Shown: piece by piece, positions 1 to 11,142 of the stretch | Layout of the letters: every line of letters begins with the position of its first letter | How positions within the stretch are numbered: the stretch's first letter is position 1 | Position numbers and translations under genes: made by a program | The notes under the pieces: model-generated | Told to the model about the DNA's origin: nothing | Seen by the model: the letters and a program-made list of their open reading frames with translations, nothing else | The model's database searches: none | Assembly: GCA_963665115.1 (NCBI GenBank) | Contig: OY762007.1 | Coordinates: 1,024,001-1,088,000 of the forward strand | Direction: 5' to 3' | From: an uncultured Rivularia sp. | Lineage (GTDB): Bacteria > Cyanobacteriota > Cyanobacteriia > Cyanobacteriales > Nostocaceae | DNA: 64,000 bases

Positions 1-75
1 TGGCTAATTCAGTTTGTTCATTTTCTTCTTATGCCACTGATTTAAACTCAAAGCCTTACGACGAGCCATTAACAT
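1..75 (-). CDS. 5' end of a gene divergent from tetR, running off the window
   Basis: Minus-strand ATG at 75 opens MLMARRKALSLNQWHKKKNEQTELA with no stop before the window edge; divergent arrangement is typical of TetR targets. Confidence 0.5.
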
Positions 76-104
76 GAGATTACTTCGTTTTTCTTCTTAT
101 ATAT

Positions 105-122
105 TATCGTTACGTCACGTTA
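105..122. promoter_or_regulatory. Putative TetR operator
   Basis: Imperfect palindrome TATCGTTACGTCACGTTA (14/18 symmetric) in the short divergent intergenic region. Confidence 0.5.
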
Positions 123-142
123 TTTAATTTAGCAAAGAGGTT

Positions 143-760
143 ATGATTATGTCAACAGATAAGAGCAAAAAAGCCACAACACCTACCAAGCAAGGGCGTG
201 GGCGACCTCGATGTGAAGAAGCCGATAAAAAAATTCTCAGAGCAGCTTATGAATTGCTTGATGAAGTAGGATTTATGGACTTAACTATTGAAGGAGTTGC
301 AGCGAGAGCAGGAGTAGGCAAACCGACAATTTACCGACGCTGGAGTACCAAAGCGCAATTGGCAATGGATGCGTTTTTGTCAGCAGTGACTCCAGAAATT
401 GCTTTTCCCGATACGGGTTCGGTGAAGGAAGATTTTAGACAGCAAATGTACAAAATTGTCAAGCTGATGAATAGTTCAAGAGGGGAAATTTTAGCGACTG
501 TTATTGGATGCGGGCAGATGGAGGATGAATTAATATCTGCTTTTCGAGAAAATTGGTTGTTGCCGAGACGCGATGATGCCAAGCGAATTTTTCAGCGTGG
601 GGTAGTGCGGGGAGAATTGCGCCGTGATTTGGATGCAGAAATAGTTATTGATGCGCTTTATAGTCCTTTGTTTTATCGATTGTTGTTAAAGCATTTACCT
701 TTAAGCGAAAATTTTGTAGATGAATTAATTGATGTTGTGATGAAGGGATTAGCGTATTAA
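143..760 (+). CDS. TetR/AcrR family transcriptional regulator
   Basis: GRGRPR...LTIEGVAARAGVGKPTIYRRW helix-turn-helix. Confidence 0.95.
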   Translation: MIMSTDKSKKATTPTKQGRGRPRCEEADKKILRAAYELLDEVGFMDLTIEGVAARAGVGKPTIYRRWSTKAQLAMDAFLSAVTPEIAFPDTGSVKEDFRQQMYKIVKLMNSSRGEILATVIGCGQMEDELISAFRENWLLPRRDDAKRIFQRGVVRGELRRDLDAEIVIDALYSPLFYRLLLKHLPLSENFVDELIDVVMKGLAY

Positions 761-1059
761 GTGTATTAATTAATGCTTTATTTCGGTTTACTTAAGTAAA
801 TTCGCATTAATCGATAAACCACAATTTGAGAGAATATTTGCTTTGCATTTGTACGTTAGATGTATCTATTTTATGCATCTGACATTATTAAGAATAATCT
901 GTGAATATAAAAATGATATAATTTGATGCTAAATCTTTACATTTTTATCTATTAAGTACACTCACAATTCTTGTTTGTTACTTTAAAAAAACGGCTTATG
1001 TTTCTCCGGTTTAATACATAAGATAGGAATTATTCGGAGTTAATAAGTAAGGATAAAAA

Positions 1060-1659
1060 ATGAAAGTTAAGCAAAATATTTTCAAAGTACTTACAGGTTT
1101 ATCTTTAGGCTTAGGTATTATCAGTAGCGGTTCAACATTAGCTGCGGTAGTTACTTATGATTTCACCGTTGAAAATTTGAATGGAAGTTTAGCAGGTAAT
1201 ACATATAAAGGATATCTTCAATATGATGACAGTCATCCGGCTAATAAAATAACGGGGAATGGTTTTGAAGCAATCACTAGTTCCGACGGTGGTTTATTAT
1301 TCTCTTTTGATTTTTTAGGTACAACTTTCCAGCAAACTGATGACGAAAGTAACCGTACTCAGTTAAGTTTCAAAAATGGTGCGATCTACTCTTTATACTT
1401 TAGGCTTGAATCCGATCGGTATGACTATTCCGATTTAGGATATTCATTTGCTTTTAGATCTTATTATACAGACGAGTTCGGCGAATTGAACATAGTAGAT
1501 TTCAGTTATTTAATAGATGGTGTTAATGGTAGTAGTGGCAATGGTGATATCGTTTTCTCTCGTCGTGCTTCTAATCCCACTTCTATTCCTGAGCCTAGTA
1601 GTTTAATTGGTATAGGAGCAATTACATTGGGATTTATGGTGAAAAATAGAAAAGCTTAA
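1060..1659 (+). CDS. PEP-CTERM sorting domain protein
   Basis: Signal peptide; C-terminal IPEPSS, hydrophobic stretch and basic tail KNRKA; AAGGA RBS. Confidence 0.9.
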   Translation: MKVKQNIFKVLTGLSLGLGIISSGSTLAAVVTYDFTVENLNGSLAGNTYKGYLQYDDSHPANKITGNGFEAITSSDGGLLFSFDFLGTTFQQTDDESNRTQLSFKNGAIYSLYFRLESDRYDYSDLGYSFAFRSYYTDEFGELNIVDFSYLIDGVNGSSGNGDIVFSRRASNPTSIPEPSSLIGIGAITLGFMVKNRKA

Positions 1660-1681
1660 CTTTATTCTTTTTTTAAATTAA

Positions 1682-1708
1682 AAACCCGGCTGATAAAAAA
1701 CCGGGTTT
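1682..1708. terminator. Hairpin terminator between convergent genes
   Basis: AAACCCGG...CCGGGTTT inverted repeat just after the stop codon. Confidence 0.6.
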
Positions 1709-1827
1709 GTTGAAAACTGAAATTATTAAAATTCATATATAATTACTATGTTTGAATACCCTACCCTGCTGTAAATAGCTTTTGTTATATTAGCCTTGTT
1801 GAGAATACAGTTCAAGTCATGACGCTA

Positions 1828-2058
1828 TCAACACCACCAACATCTAACTAATGCAGACATTGTTGCCCGTCTTACTACCCCATCAGCAGTCATGGCATTA
1901 TTTTTCTGGAACTTAATCACGGCTGCTTTAGTTCTTTCGTCAAAAACACCATTACTTCTGCAAGAGTAAACACCAACCGTTTTCAAACACTCTTGCAAAT
2001 TGACTACAGCATCTCCAATTGAGCCTTGTTGAAGTGTCATAAAAGTATTTTTAGCCAT
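1828..2058 (-). CDS. Peptidoglycan-binding domain protein (PG_binding_1)
   Basis: LQQGSIGDAVVNLQ...GVFDERTKAAVIKFQK...ADGVV motif; GGGGAG RBS. Confidence 0.85.
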   Translation of the reverse strand: MAKNTFMTLQQGSIGDAVVNLQECLKTVGVYSCRSNGVFDERTKAAVIKFQKNNAMTADGVVRRATMSALVRCWWC

Positions 2059-2368
2059 GATATTCTCCCCTTAGTTACAATTACTCAATTTAAATTCTAT
2101 TAGCCGATTTATCAAAATAAAATCTCTGCAAATCAACTAAACTTTATCTGTTGAAACATTTGTTAATATTTCAATAACTATTTTGCACTCAACGATAGCA
2201 ATTGCGATAAAAATATTAGTCTGAGGAACTTAATCGTTGAGACTGAGTAGCTTTAGGTAGAATAGAGAGCTTTGTAGTCAAATTCCGTAAGTTTTATAAT
2301 TACTTTATTTTTCGTGCCTATCTACTGAATTAACAGTAACGTTTTTTTTCAATTTGGATTATATCCGA

Positions 2369-2551
2369 TTAATTTGTGGAGTAAGATATACCACGATACT
2401 TTAGATTTTTACGCGAACGATTATTTTGAGTAACAATTGAACGGTGAATGCAATAGGGTATGCCGCGATAGATAGCAAATCTATTAGTTTCCGAAGTTTT
2501 AACTTCAGAATAATTACGCTCGTAAGATAAACCACGATAAGTTAGAAACAT
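2369..2551 (-). CDS. DUF4278 small protein
   Basis: Three YRG repeats (LTYRGLSY, IYRGIPY, LKYRGISY); GAGGA RBS. Confidence 0.85.
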   Translation of the reverse strand: MFLTYRGLSYERNYSEVKTSETNRFAIYRGIPYCIHRSIVTQNNRSRKNLKYRGISYSTN

Positions 2552-2806
2552 TGTTCAATCCTCAATAAACGTTATTGTTTTAGCTGTTTTGTCAATTTCA
2601 AACTCCTGCAAAAATTTCTATATAAGTCGATGATTTATAAAACACCATACAGAAAAATGAGGGATTGAATTGATAGCGATTTGACTTAACTTTTCATCAA
2701 TATTGCTTAATATGTAACAAACTGATGAAGAATTATTGTTTTTGGCTATGTCTGTATATAGGAGCAAGCTATATCAGTTTATGCAGTTTGAAATATTTGC
2801 AAAAAA

Positions 2807-2900
2807 ACGCCCGCAGGCTGGAAGCCTGGGGCTAGGATTACAAAGCCCACCTTCGCGGGCTGAATTCTTTATTTATTAGCCCTCGCAGGTGGGCTTCGTT
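2807..2900. repeat. REP-like GC-rich hairpin repeats
   Basis: AGCCCACCTTCGCGGGCT and AGCCCTCGCAGGTGGGCT hairpins; a related hairpin lies at 13736-13753. Confidence 0.65.
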
Positions 2901-2939
2901 TCCGTAGCGATGCCCTTCGAGGGTATTGATACCTTTGAT

Positions 2940-3419
2940 TCAATCCACCCGACAACGAGCTTCATCATCACAACCCAATTTTTCCTGACGTTGTTTAATA
3001 ACAGTTCCTAAATTTGGTCTTCCGGTTAAACGCAAACGTAAATCTGCCCAAATACCATAAATGAAATTGGCGATCGCCCCCAAAATTGGCAACTTTGTAA
3101 TCGCGTAAACCCAACCCATTCCCAAGGCTTCGTACACCCGACGGAACACTTCGACGTTTTTAATAATCGTACCGTCGGGTAAAATTGCGTGAATTCTTCC
3201 CATCGCTGTTTCAAAGTCAATCCCAGCATTTTCTTCTGGATTGTAGTCATCTGCTGCGATATCTACAAATGCAACTTTACCTCTCCCCGCATCCCGCTTT
3301 TGCAAAAAATTAACTTCGCGCAAACATAACGGACATTCACCATCGTAAAGTAGTTTGATTTCCCAAGGTTGGTTGAGGGTTTGGTTGGAATTATTTACGG
3401 TGCTGGTTGAGGAAGACAT
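2940..3419 (-). CDS. DCC1-like thiol-disulfide oxidoreductase (DUF393)
   Basis: LLYDGECPLC DxxCxxC motif. Confidence 0.9.
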   Translation of the reverse strand: MSSSTSTVNNSNQTLNQPWEIKLLYDGECPLCLREVNFLQKRDAGRGKVAFVDIAADDYNPEENAGIDFETAMGRIHAILPDGTIIKNVEVFRRVYEALGMGWVYAITKLPILGAIANFIYGIWADLRLRLTGRPNLGTVIKQRQEKLGCDDEARCRVD

Positions 3420-3620
3420 AACTTGATTTATATAAGTTGTGTATATGAATGATATATGTATTGTGACAAATTATGAAGAAAAATGAAGGGGATTATTAAA
3501 AGTATTTTTTTCTCCTCCGCTTCTCTATGAATACCCTATAGAAAAATTGATTAAATAAATGTTACAAAGTTTAGTAAAATGACACTAATAATAAAATAAG
3601 TATTTCTTACTATTGAAATC

Positions 3621-5303
3621 ATGGCGGAACATTTTCCTTGGCTAACCGCGATAGTTTTATTTCCACTTATTGCTTCTGCGTTCATTCCGTTGATACCGAG
3701 TAAAAGTGGTAATCGCGTGAGATGGTATGCCACCGGGGTGGGAATGGCAGACTTTATATTGATGTGCTTTGCCTTTTGGCGGAATTACGATGCAAGCAGT
3801 GCAAGTTTTCAACTAGCGGAGAGTTATGCTTGGGTACCTCAGTTAGGTTTCAACTGGGCTGTTTCCGTCGATGGTTTATCCGTTCCTTTGGTATTATTGG
3901 CGGGTTTTGTCACCACGCTGGCAATGTTTTCAGCTTGGCAGGTTGATCGCAGATCGCATTTATTTTACTTTTTGATGTTGGTGCTGTATTCGGCACAGAT
4001 TGGGGTGTTTGTCGCCCAGGATTTAATGTTGTTCTTTATTATGTGGGAAGTTGAATTAGTTCCCGTATATTTACTGATTAACATTTGGGGTGGTAAAAAT
4101 CGACGTTATGCTGCAACCAAGTTCATACTCTATACCGCAGCCGCTTCCATATTTATTTTAGTTGCCGCGATCGCAATGGCTTTGTATGGTGGCGAAAATG
4201 TAACTTTTGATATGGCGGTTCTGGCAACGAAGGATTATTCGTTAGGTTTTGAGTTGTTACTGTATGCAGGATTATTAATTGCATTTGGCGTAAAGTTAGC
4301 AATCTTCCCCTTACATACATGGCTGCCAGATGCTCACGGTGAAGCTTCGGCTCCCGTATCGATGATTTTGGCAGGTGTGTTGTTGAAAATGGGCGGTTAT
4401 GGATTAATTCGCCTTAATTTAGAGTTACTTACCGAAGCACACATTTACTTTGCACCAGTTTTAGCAACTCTGGGAGTAATTAACATTATTTATGGGGCTT
4501 TGAATTCCTTTGCTCAAACTCATATGAAACGGCGTTTAGCTTATTCGTCAGTTTCTCACATGGGATTTGTGCTGTTAGGAATTGCTTCCTTTACCGACTT
4601 GGGAATCAACGGTGCAATGTTGCAGATGATTTCCCACGGATTAATTGCATCGGTATTATTCTTCTTGGCTGGGGTGACATACGATAGAACCCACACCATG
4701 AAAATGGATGAAATGGGTGGAATTGGACAAGTGATGCCCAAAGTATTCGCATTGTGTACGATGGCAGCAATGGCTTCCTTAGCGCTTCCCGGAATGAGTG
4801 GATTTATCAGCGAGCTTTCGGTATTGGTTGGTGTAACTACCAGCGATATTTACAGTTCAACTTTCTGTACGGTAACGGTTTTCCTCGCTTCAGTAGGGAT
4901 TATCTTGACTCCGATTTATTTACTTGACTTGTTGAAACAGGTATTTTACGGAGAAGGGAAAGTCGTCTGCGATATTGGTAATGCGAAATTTGAGAATTTA
5001 GAAGCAGAAGGTACCGCTTGTTTCGGTACCGATTGCGTTTTACCAGGTGAATCGATTTACAGAGATGCCAGCGCTCGTGAAGTATTTATTGCAGCTTGTT
5101 TCTTAGTGTTGATTATCGGGATTGGGTTTTATCCCAAAGCTGTAATGCAGATATATGATGTCAAGACAGTAGCGATAAACGCTCAAGTTAGGGAATCTTA
5201 TACGCAAATAGCAGAAAGTAATCCCGGTGTTTATGCCAGAGGAAATGTCACACCTGAAATTGCCAAAGCCGAAGTTGCTCCGGTTTTAGGAACTGTGAAA
5301 TAA
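3621..5303 (+). CDS. ndhD: NAD(P)H-quinone oxidoreductase subunit 4 (NdhD, D2-like paralog)
   Basis: PWLT N-terminus, [26 protein letters not shown] and AYSSVSHMG motifs. Confidence 0.95.
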   Translation: MAEHFPWLTAIVLFPLIASAFIPLIPSKSGNRVRWYATGVGMADFILMCFAFWRNYDASSASFQLAESYAWVPQLGFNWAVSVDGLSVPLVLLAGFVTTLAMFSAWQVDRRSHLFYFLMLVLYSAQIGVFVAQDLMLFFIMWEVELVPVYLLINIWGGKNRRYAATKFILYTAAASIFILVAAIAMALYGGENVTFDMAVLATKDYSLGFELLLYAGLLIAFGVKLAIFPLHTWLPDAHGEASAPVSMILAGVLLKMGGYGLIRLNLELLTEAHIYFAPVLATLGVINIIYGALNSFAQTHMKRRLAYSSVSHMGFVLLGIASFTDLGINGAMLQMISHGLIASVLFFLAGVTYDRTHTMKMDEMGGIGQVMPKVFALCTMAAMASLALPGMSGFISELSVLVGVTTSDIYSSTFCTVTVFLASVGIILTPIYLLDLLKQVFYGEGKVVCDIGNAKFENLEAEGTACFGTDCVLPGESIYRDASAREVFIAACFLVLIIGIGFYPKAVMQIYDVKTVAINAQVRESYTQIAESNPGVYARGNVTPEIAKAEVAPVLGTVK

Positions 5304-5328
5304 AGATTCGGGAAAATTGAATAACTAA

Positions 5329-5356
5329 TGTAGAGACGTTGCAGTGCAACGTCTCT
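5329..5356. repeat. GTAG-type REP palindrome (GTAGAGACGT...ACGTCTCT)
   Basis: Same palindrome family at 9081-9108, 15058-15101, 60729-60756 and inside the 110-bp MITE copies. Confidence 0.8.
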
Positions 5357-5595
5357 TATTTTTTAGGGTGGTAACTATTCCGTTATCGGTAGAGATGATT
5401 ATAAAAATAACCGCCGAGAGCGCAGAAGAAAGAGAAAAAGAGAAATTGTATAATGCAGCGTCTTTATTTTTTATAGTTAAATCAAATTTTTTAGGAATAA
5501 TTGTTGGGATTTTCAACTGTTAACCCTTCGTTTGTAGCTGCTGTATTCAACTCATTATCGGCAGATACAAATATTATCGGAGGTAAATTATTAGC

Positions 5596-5744
5596 TAAGT
5601 AGGTGGGTGGGAAAATTTATAATTATGTCATTGCGAGTGTAACGGAGTGAAACGAAGCATTCACCGAAGGTGTGGATCATCACAAGCACTTTGATAGTTT
5701 TACATTCCGTTACATAGATCGGTTTATTCCAGCCTACCTACTTA
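5596..5744. mobile_element. MITE of about 150 bp
   Basis: Imperfect terminal inverted repeats TAAGTAGGTGGGTGGGAA / TTCCAGCCTACCTACTTA; no coding capacity. Confidence 0.7.
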
Positions 5745-5861
5745 AGTCCTATAAATATTTAAACAATGTATCAATGCAAAACTTACATTATTCTAAGGAA
5801 AAAGAATCGAAAAACAGAATATTACCTTAGAATCAAATCAATAGATTTACAACGAAATTAT

Positions 5862-6506
5862 TTACTCTATACCACCATGATTCCTTAATATTTGAGCAAT
5901 ATCCTCATACCCTTTTTCTAGAACAATTCCGAGAGCAGTTTTTCCACTTCTCGTGCGACTATTTACTTCTGCACCATGTAGAATTAATAAACTTACTATA
6001 TCTCTATGACCATAAGTTGCAGCTATATGTAAAGGAGTAATTCCTTTAATCGTTTTACTATTAACTTTTGCTCCAGAATCAATTAATAATCTTACAACTT
6101 CAATATGACCACTTGTCATCACTGAATGAAGAGAAGAAAGACCATCCCAGTCTTGAAGATTAACATCCGCCCCATTTTGAATGAGAAAATTGACTAAGTT
6201 TATGTGTCCAGGTCTGGAAGCTTCATGTAGAAAAGTTAATCCTCGGCTATCTCTGATATTAATATCAACTCCTTTGTTTAAATATTTTCTAATAGTAGCT
6301 ACATCTCCATCAATAGCTGCTTCATGTCTTCTATTTTGATAAATTGGTAATAAAGCCGGAGTAGAAAGCGTGATGAATCCGAATAGCCACATAAAATAGT
6401 AAACTTTGTTTCCAGTCCATGATTTATAAATTGCAACAAACAAACATACAAAAAGAATAAATGCCAAAGCGCGTGTAAAAATAAGCATAATTAAAACATT
6501 GGACAA
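5862..6506 (-). CDS. Membrane-anchored ankyrin repeat protein
   Basis: Two N-terminal hydrophobic helices followed by about four ankyrin repeats (e.g. GITPLHIAATYGH). Confidence 0.92.
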   Translation of the reverse strand: MSNVLIMLIFTRALAFILFVCLFVAIYKSWTGNKVYYFMWLFGFITLSTPALLPIYQNRRHEAAIDGDVATIRKYLNKGVDINIRDSRGLTFLHEASRPGHINLVNFLIQNGADVNLQDWDGLSSLHSVMTSGHIEVVRLLIDSGAKVNSKTIKGITPLHIAATYGHRDIVSLLILHGAEVNSRTRSGKTALGIVLEKGYEDIAQILRNHGGIE

Positions 6507-6577
6507 CTAAGTATTTTCCCTGATAGTATTTAACTCATATTGACCTTAAATGCCTCGGAGAAGCGATCGAGAAAAAT

Positions 6578-7783
6578 ATGGGTGTGAATCTTCAAAATAT
6601 TCGTTCAATCAAGTCTAATATATGGAAGCTTTATATATTAAAAGGATTAGAGTTTGCTTGGTTCCCAATTCCTGTGATTATTCTTTTTTATGAAAAAAGC
6701 GGTTTATCGTTTGAACAATCCCTACTTTTAAAAACCATTTTATCACTATCAATATTTATATTTGAAATACCTTCCGGTTACTTTGCAGATATTTTTGGTA
6801 GAAAAGCTTGCTTAGTTTCAGGGGGATTAATCTGGACATTAGGATTATTATTTTACTGCTTTCAAACTGGTTTTTCAGCATTTGCAATTGCAGAAATTTT
6901 ATCCGGTTTGGCTGCTAGTCTTATATCTGGTGCAAATACAGCTTTAGGATTCGATAGTTTAGTCAAAATAAATCAAGAGCAAAACTACCGTCATGTAGAA
7001 GGAAGACTCGGAGCTATTGCGGGAGTTGCAGAAGCAATTTGTGGTTTGATAGGGGGTTTAGTAGCTGCTCGCAATTTGGTTTATCCTTTTTACTTACAAA
7101 CGATTTGTATATTCTTATATTTTCTAATTGCTTTAACTTTAGTTGAACCAAATTTACATCAATCATCAACTAATTCCTCTCAAGCAATCGATCGCAGGGA
7201 AATATGGCAAGCAATCCGTTTTTCACTGTTAGAGAATAAAAAAGTGAAATGGTTAATTTTATTTTCAGCCAACTTTGGAATTGCCACCTTTCTTGCTGTT
7301 TGGTTATCTCAAGCAGATATGCAAAGTCGCGGTTTAGCAGTTTCTAGCTTTGGATTTGCTTGGGCTGCATTTCATTTGATATTGAGCTTTGCTTCTTTTA
7401 AAGCAACATCGATTGAGAATATTTTGGGTACAAAAAAAGTCTTTTTGGGTTTAGTTATATTATTAGGTCTATCTTATACCTTTCTGGGTTTGATTAACCA
7501 AGTATGGGGAATTATATTTATTGCTTTGATTTACTTCAGTAGAGGTGTTCATAGTCCTTTATTATTAAATTGTATTAACCAAAATCTTCCTTCATCAATT
7601 AGAGCTACAGTACTTTCTATCAATAGTTTTATGTTTCGTTTAGGTTTTGTGATAATTGCTCCAGTGGTTGGATGGATTACAGACACATATAATTTGGATA
7701 CAGCTTTGTTTTTATTTGGTTTGATTTTTATTGGTTTTGGAGTCTTTTGCTGGCAGAAATTAGTTGGATCGGAAGTTTTTTAA
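6578..7783 (+). CDS. MFS transporter
   Basis: About 12 TM segments; EIPSGYFADIFGRK MFS motif A. Confidence 0.92.
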   Translation: MGVNLQNIRSIKSNIWKLYILKGLEFAWFPIPVIILFYEKSGLSFEQSLLLKTILSLSIFIFEIPSGYFADIFGRKACLVSGGLIWTLGLLFYCFQTGFSAFAIAEILSGLAASLISGANTALGFDSLVKINQEQNYRHVEGRLGAIAGVAEAICGLIGGLVAARNLVYPFYLQTICIFLYFLIALTLVEPNLHQSSTNSSQAIDRREIWQAIRFSLLENKKVKWLILFSANFGIATFLAVWLSQADMQSRGLAVSSFGFAWAAFHLILSFASFKATSIENILGTKKVFLGLVILLGLSYTFLGLINQVWGIIFIALIYFSRGVHSPLLLNCINQNLPSSIRATVLSINSFMFRLGFVIIAPVVGWITDTYNLDTALFLFGLIFIGFGVFCWQKLVGSEVF

Positions 7784-8082
7784 ATTATTTAACAATTGCT
7801 TTGATTTGCTAAAAAATTGAATTTAAAGAATACTTTAATGATGTTGAGAGAGTTATAGAAGGAACCGAACCTAAAATCAAATTACCCGATTAATTTTTAG
7901 TTAACTAATGATTGATAGAAATAGATATTGTAGGCATTGTAATTCAATGTCTACGATTAATTACTTTCTTCCCAGCTCTACGATTACCGATATAAAAAAC
8001 CATTCTAGACCCATACGCGGAGGAAAGAGAGATAGGTAATTATAGAGCAAGAAGGGAGTATATAAATTAATCACCGATCAAA

Positions 8083-9040
8083 CTATTCCCACACAAAACG
8101 ACGAATAAAAAACTGATTGGGAATCTCTTTCTCACTTCCCGGTACAAAACGGTGACGAAACAAAGATTCCGTCAGCAAAATTTCTTTCCCTGCAACGGTT
8201 AAATTAACAGGTAAATTCATCCCAGAAGCCAAAACCTTAAATTCAGGTTTACTTTTAGCATCATCCAATTCCTGTAACTGTAATAAACGACCATTCCCAC
8301 TTTCTACTCCTCCCTCAATCATCAAAAGAGAACCATCATCAGCTAAAGCGATAGCATCCGAACCGTCTATCTTACGAGGTAATTCGATTTCTTCCACAGT
8401 CCGATTCGGGTTGATCTTAAATAATCGACCATCCGAATACATCGTCACGAACAAAACACCATCTTCTCTACGAGCAATTCCAGATAATCCAAATCTCTTG
8501 TTGGTACTCCATAGTTGATTTTCTACCCAAGTTTGAAATTGAGTTGCTCCTGGTGACAGATATAGAATTCGAGGTTTGAGAGAATCAGTTACATAAATAC
8601 CACCATTGGAATCAACAGCAATATCATTACCAAAACCATCATCGGGAATAGTTATGATTTTTAATACCCTCGACGAGTTAATATCGATTGCAAAAATTCG
8701 GTGTGGTTTACCAACAGTACCTAAAACATCCGGAGAAGCTCCCCATAATATTCCTCTGGCTTCATCCAATCTGAGGGTGGTAACTGCAAAAATATCTTTA
8801 TTCCCTTGAAAAAAACTTTTAATTTGATTATCAGGGGAAATTTGTAAAATATCACCACTAGTAATCGAACCCACATAAACTGTTCCGTTATCGGAAACGG
8901 GTGATTCCATTAGGATATTGAAAGCCTTTAGGTAATGCGATGGGATTTAATTCTTTATCTCCAGCATTCGCGACACAAGAATGAAGCGAAGGTAAAACAA
9001 TTGCCAAAATGCATCCTAAAATTAATTCTCGTCTTTTCAT
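8083..9040 (-). CDS. SMP-30/gluconolactonase-like beta-propeller, probably exported; split by a +1 frameshift near 8895-8901
   Basis: N-terminal ORF MKRRELIL...GFQYPNGIT joins SDNGTVYVGS if one base is removed; GNDIAVD...YVTDS propeller motifs. Confidence 0.8.
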
Positions 9041-9191
9041 TTTTTTACTCTTACTACTGCTATATTGCATAAATTCTGAAGGGAGACGTAAAATTTTACG
9101 TCTCTACATTGGTTTCGTTAAACTCGATGTCCTGGAATTGTATATCCACCATCAACAGATTCATTTTTTAATCTCCAATCCTGTATCGGAA

Positions 9192-9302
9192 TAGTAGTGG
9201 TTAACTGCAATAGTTTGAATGGATTCGTTTTCCCACAACCGTCGGGAGACGTTATTTATAACGTCTCTACAATCCGTTGGAATTAATGCGGTGGAATAGT
9301 AG
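9192..9302. mobile_element. 110-bp MITE family, diverged copy
   Basis: TAGTAG ends and internal GGGAGACGTTAT..ATAACGTCTCTACA palindrome; homologous to 17655, 39453 and 61149. Confidence 0.75.
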
Positions 9303-9340
9303 TAAATATCGTTCTTAAATTATTTACGTTCCCCGTTCCC

Positions 9341-9766
9341 TCAACCCTTTAATTGTTTTTCTAAATACTGCTTCCAGAAAATACAGCTATGGTCATTTTC
9401 ACCAGTTTCCTCCAAATATTGATAATGTTCGATTTTCAAATCAATGATTTTGAGGTTTTGCGTTAATTCCTGTAAATGTTGAGTAACGCGATCGCGATGT
9501 TTCTCAAGTAGCAAGCGCCGCTCTCCAACTTCATTTGGACGCTGACGCACTAAATTTGTAAAATCCTGCATTTCTTGAATTGACATCCCCGTTTCCCGCA
9601 ACCGAATCAAAAATTCCAGCCAAGCAACATCCTCGGCAGAATATTGCCGATGATTGTTAGATGCTCTTTCAATAGTTGGCAGCAGTCCAATTTTCTCGTA
9701 ATAACGCAAAGCATGGATGCTCAAACCTGTTATCGAAGCAACTTGTTGAATGGTGAACTTGCTCAT
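9341..9766 (-). CDS. MerR family transcriptional regulator (AdhR/NmlR-like)
   Basis: FTIQQVASITGLSIHALRYYEKIGL, HRQY and GMSIQEM motifs. Confidence 0.95.
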   Translation of the reverse strand: MSKFTIQQVASITGLSIHALRYYEKIGLLPTIERASNNHRQYSAEDVAWLEFLIRLRETGMSIQEMQDFTNLVRQRPNEVGERRLLLEKHRDRVTQHLQELTQNLKIIDLKIEHYQYLEETGENDHSCIFWKQYLEKQLKG

Positions 9767-9772
9767 GTTACG

Positions 9773-9803
9773 ACTATAAGACCTAGAGTGCGCTCTAGGT
9801 CAA
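9773..9803 (-). promoter_or_regulatory. MerR-type promoter/operator
   Basis: TTGACC-19 bp-TATAGT, overlapped by the perfect inverted repeat GACCTAGAG-N4-CTCTAGGTC (9780-9801). Confidence 0.9.
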
Positions 9804-10546
9804 TAGTATTTTAGATTTTTTATTTTCTATTCCCTTATCGGAACAGTAATAATTACCGTTGATTGCTAAGCAAATTTTAGAAGATTTTCGTTTGAGCCTT
9901 AATGTAAAAAAGGGAATTACCAACTTAGAATCTAAAATTTATATATAAAAACATTGAGGAATTTTCTGCTAACATCTTGGAATTTTAGAAATAGAAGTTG
10001 ATTTTGATCGATGGACGGCTTCTTTTTATGTTTCAATTTCATCTTGTGGAGGTGCTGTCTGGGAAGAAAGTCTTGGATATGATTTTAACTGATGCGGTAT
10101 CTTCAATATTAAGTCAGTTCTCATCCATTTTATAATTCAATTTTATAATTCAATTTATTCAAAAATAAATTCTCAAAGGTTCGGCTAAAATCATTAATAT
10201 CTGATTTAATTACATGGTAAAATATTATATAGAAACCAAAATTTATTCTTGTTATTGTCTAAGTTAAGGATTTTTGGTTTATCGAGCAAGGGCATCATAA
10301 ATAACTAGGTTCTCAAAGCCGATAGCACTGGAAAGGATTGAGAACCAAACATCTAAGCTGCTTAATTTTGATATTGAATTTTTAATAGCGAGAATGGAAA
10401 CTCAAACCTTCGTTTTACTTCTAAGAATACTAGTGTAATAATTAATTCAAAGCAGGCTTTATCAGTACTGATGCTCGATGCTAAATCTGAGGAATATCCT
10501 CTACAGTAAATTCTAATTTAGCAACAGCTTGTCCAATTGTTTTAAA

Positions 10547-11125
10547 ATGATTAGATTCTACGATAACAAGTATAAATATAATAAATTACTAATTTTAGAT
10601 ATTGATGAAACATTAATTTCTAGTTCTGAAACACAACTCGATCGACTACCGGATTTTGAATTAAATTTTGAAATAGAAAAATATTTTGTTTACAAAAGAC
10701 CAGGATTATCAGAATTTATTGCAAGTTGTAACAATTGGTTTCGTTTAGCAGTATGGACTGCATCTAGCTCAGATTATGCTCGTGAAGTCATTAAAAATAT
10801 TTTTCCCGACAATATAAAATTAGAATTTATTTTTTCGAGGGAACGCTGTGTTTTTAAAAGAAATCCTGAATTAGATGTCATTGAAACATTTAAGCCTTTA
10901 AAGAAAGTTAAGAAAAAGGGTTTTTCGTTAGATAGTGTTTTGATTGTAGATGATATTGCCCAAACATTTAAATACAACTATGGAAACGGCATTTTAGTAA
11001 AAAAATACCAGGGGGAAGCGGATGATATAGAACTTTTTATGCTATTGAAATATTTGGAAATGATTAGTTGGGAAGAAAACGTGCGAATCATCGATAAGCG
11101 TCATTGGAAAGATAAAGTTGATTAG
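10547..11125 (+). CDS. FCP1/SCP (NIF) family HAD phosphatase
   Basis: LLILDIDETLI, VYKRPGL, VWTASS and IVDD motifs; ATG at 10547 preferred over TTG at 10529. Confidence 0.88.
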   Translation: MIRFYDNKYKYNKLLILDIDETLISSSETQLDRLPDFELNFEIEKYFVYKRPGLSEFIASCNNWFRLAVWTASSSDYAREVIKNIFPDNIKLEFIFSRERCVFKRNPELDVIETFKPLKKVKKKGFSLDSVLIVDDIAQTFKYNYGNGILVKKYQGEADDIELFMLLKYLEMISWEENVRIIDKRHWKDKVD

Positions 11126-11142
11126 GGTTTGCAAAAAGAAAT

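Noticed and set aside
105..126. Similarity of the tetR operator (AAATAACGTGACG on the minus strand) to the duplicated promoter at 46693/47710
   Set aside because: Short match 46 kb away, and the promoter copies lack the second half of the palindrome
2552..2760. Glutamine riboswitch or NtcA site upstream of DUF4278
   Set aside because: No recognisable glnA-motif stems or GTA-N8-TAC seen
3551..3580. HLR1 (RpaB) site upstream of ndhD
   Set aside because: Only one good half-site (GTTACAAA); the partner repeat has several mismatches
5325..5516. 63-aa minus-strand ORF, and similarly 46070-46279 and 47300-47491
   Set aside because: Intergenic, AT-rich or repeat-overlapping, with no RBS or motif
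9900..10095. Short coding-like fragment (ILEIEVDFDRWTASFYVSISSCGG...)
   Set aside because: No start, interrupted and no recognisable family; cannot support a pseudogene call
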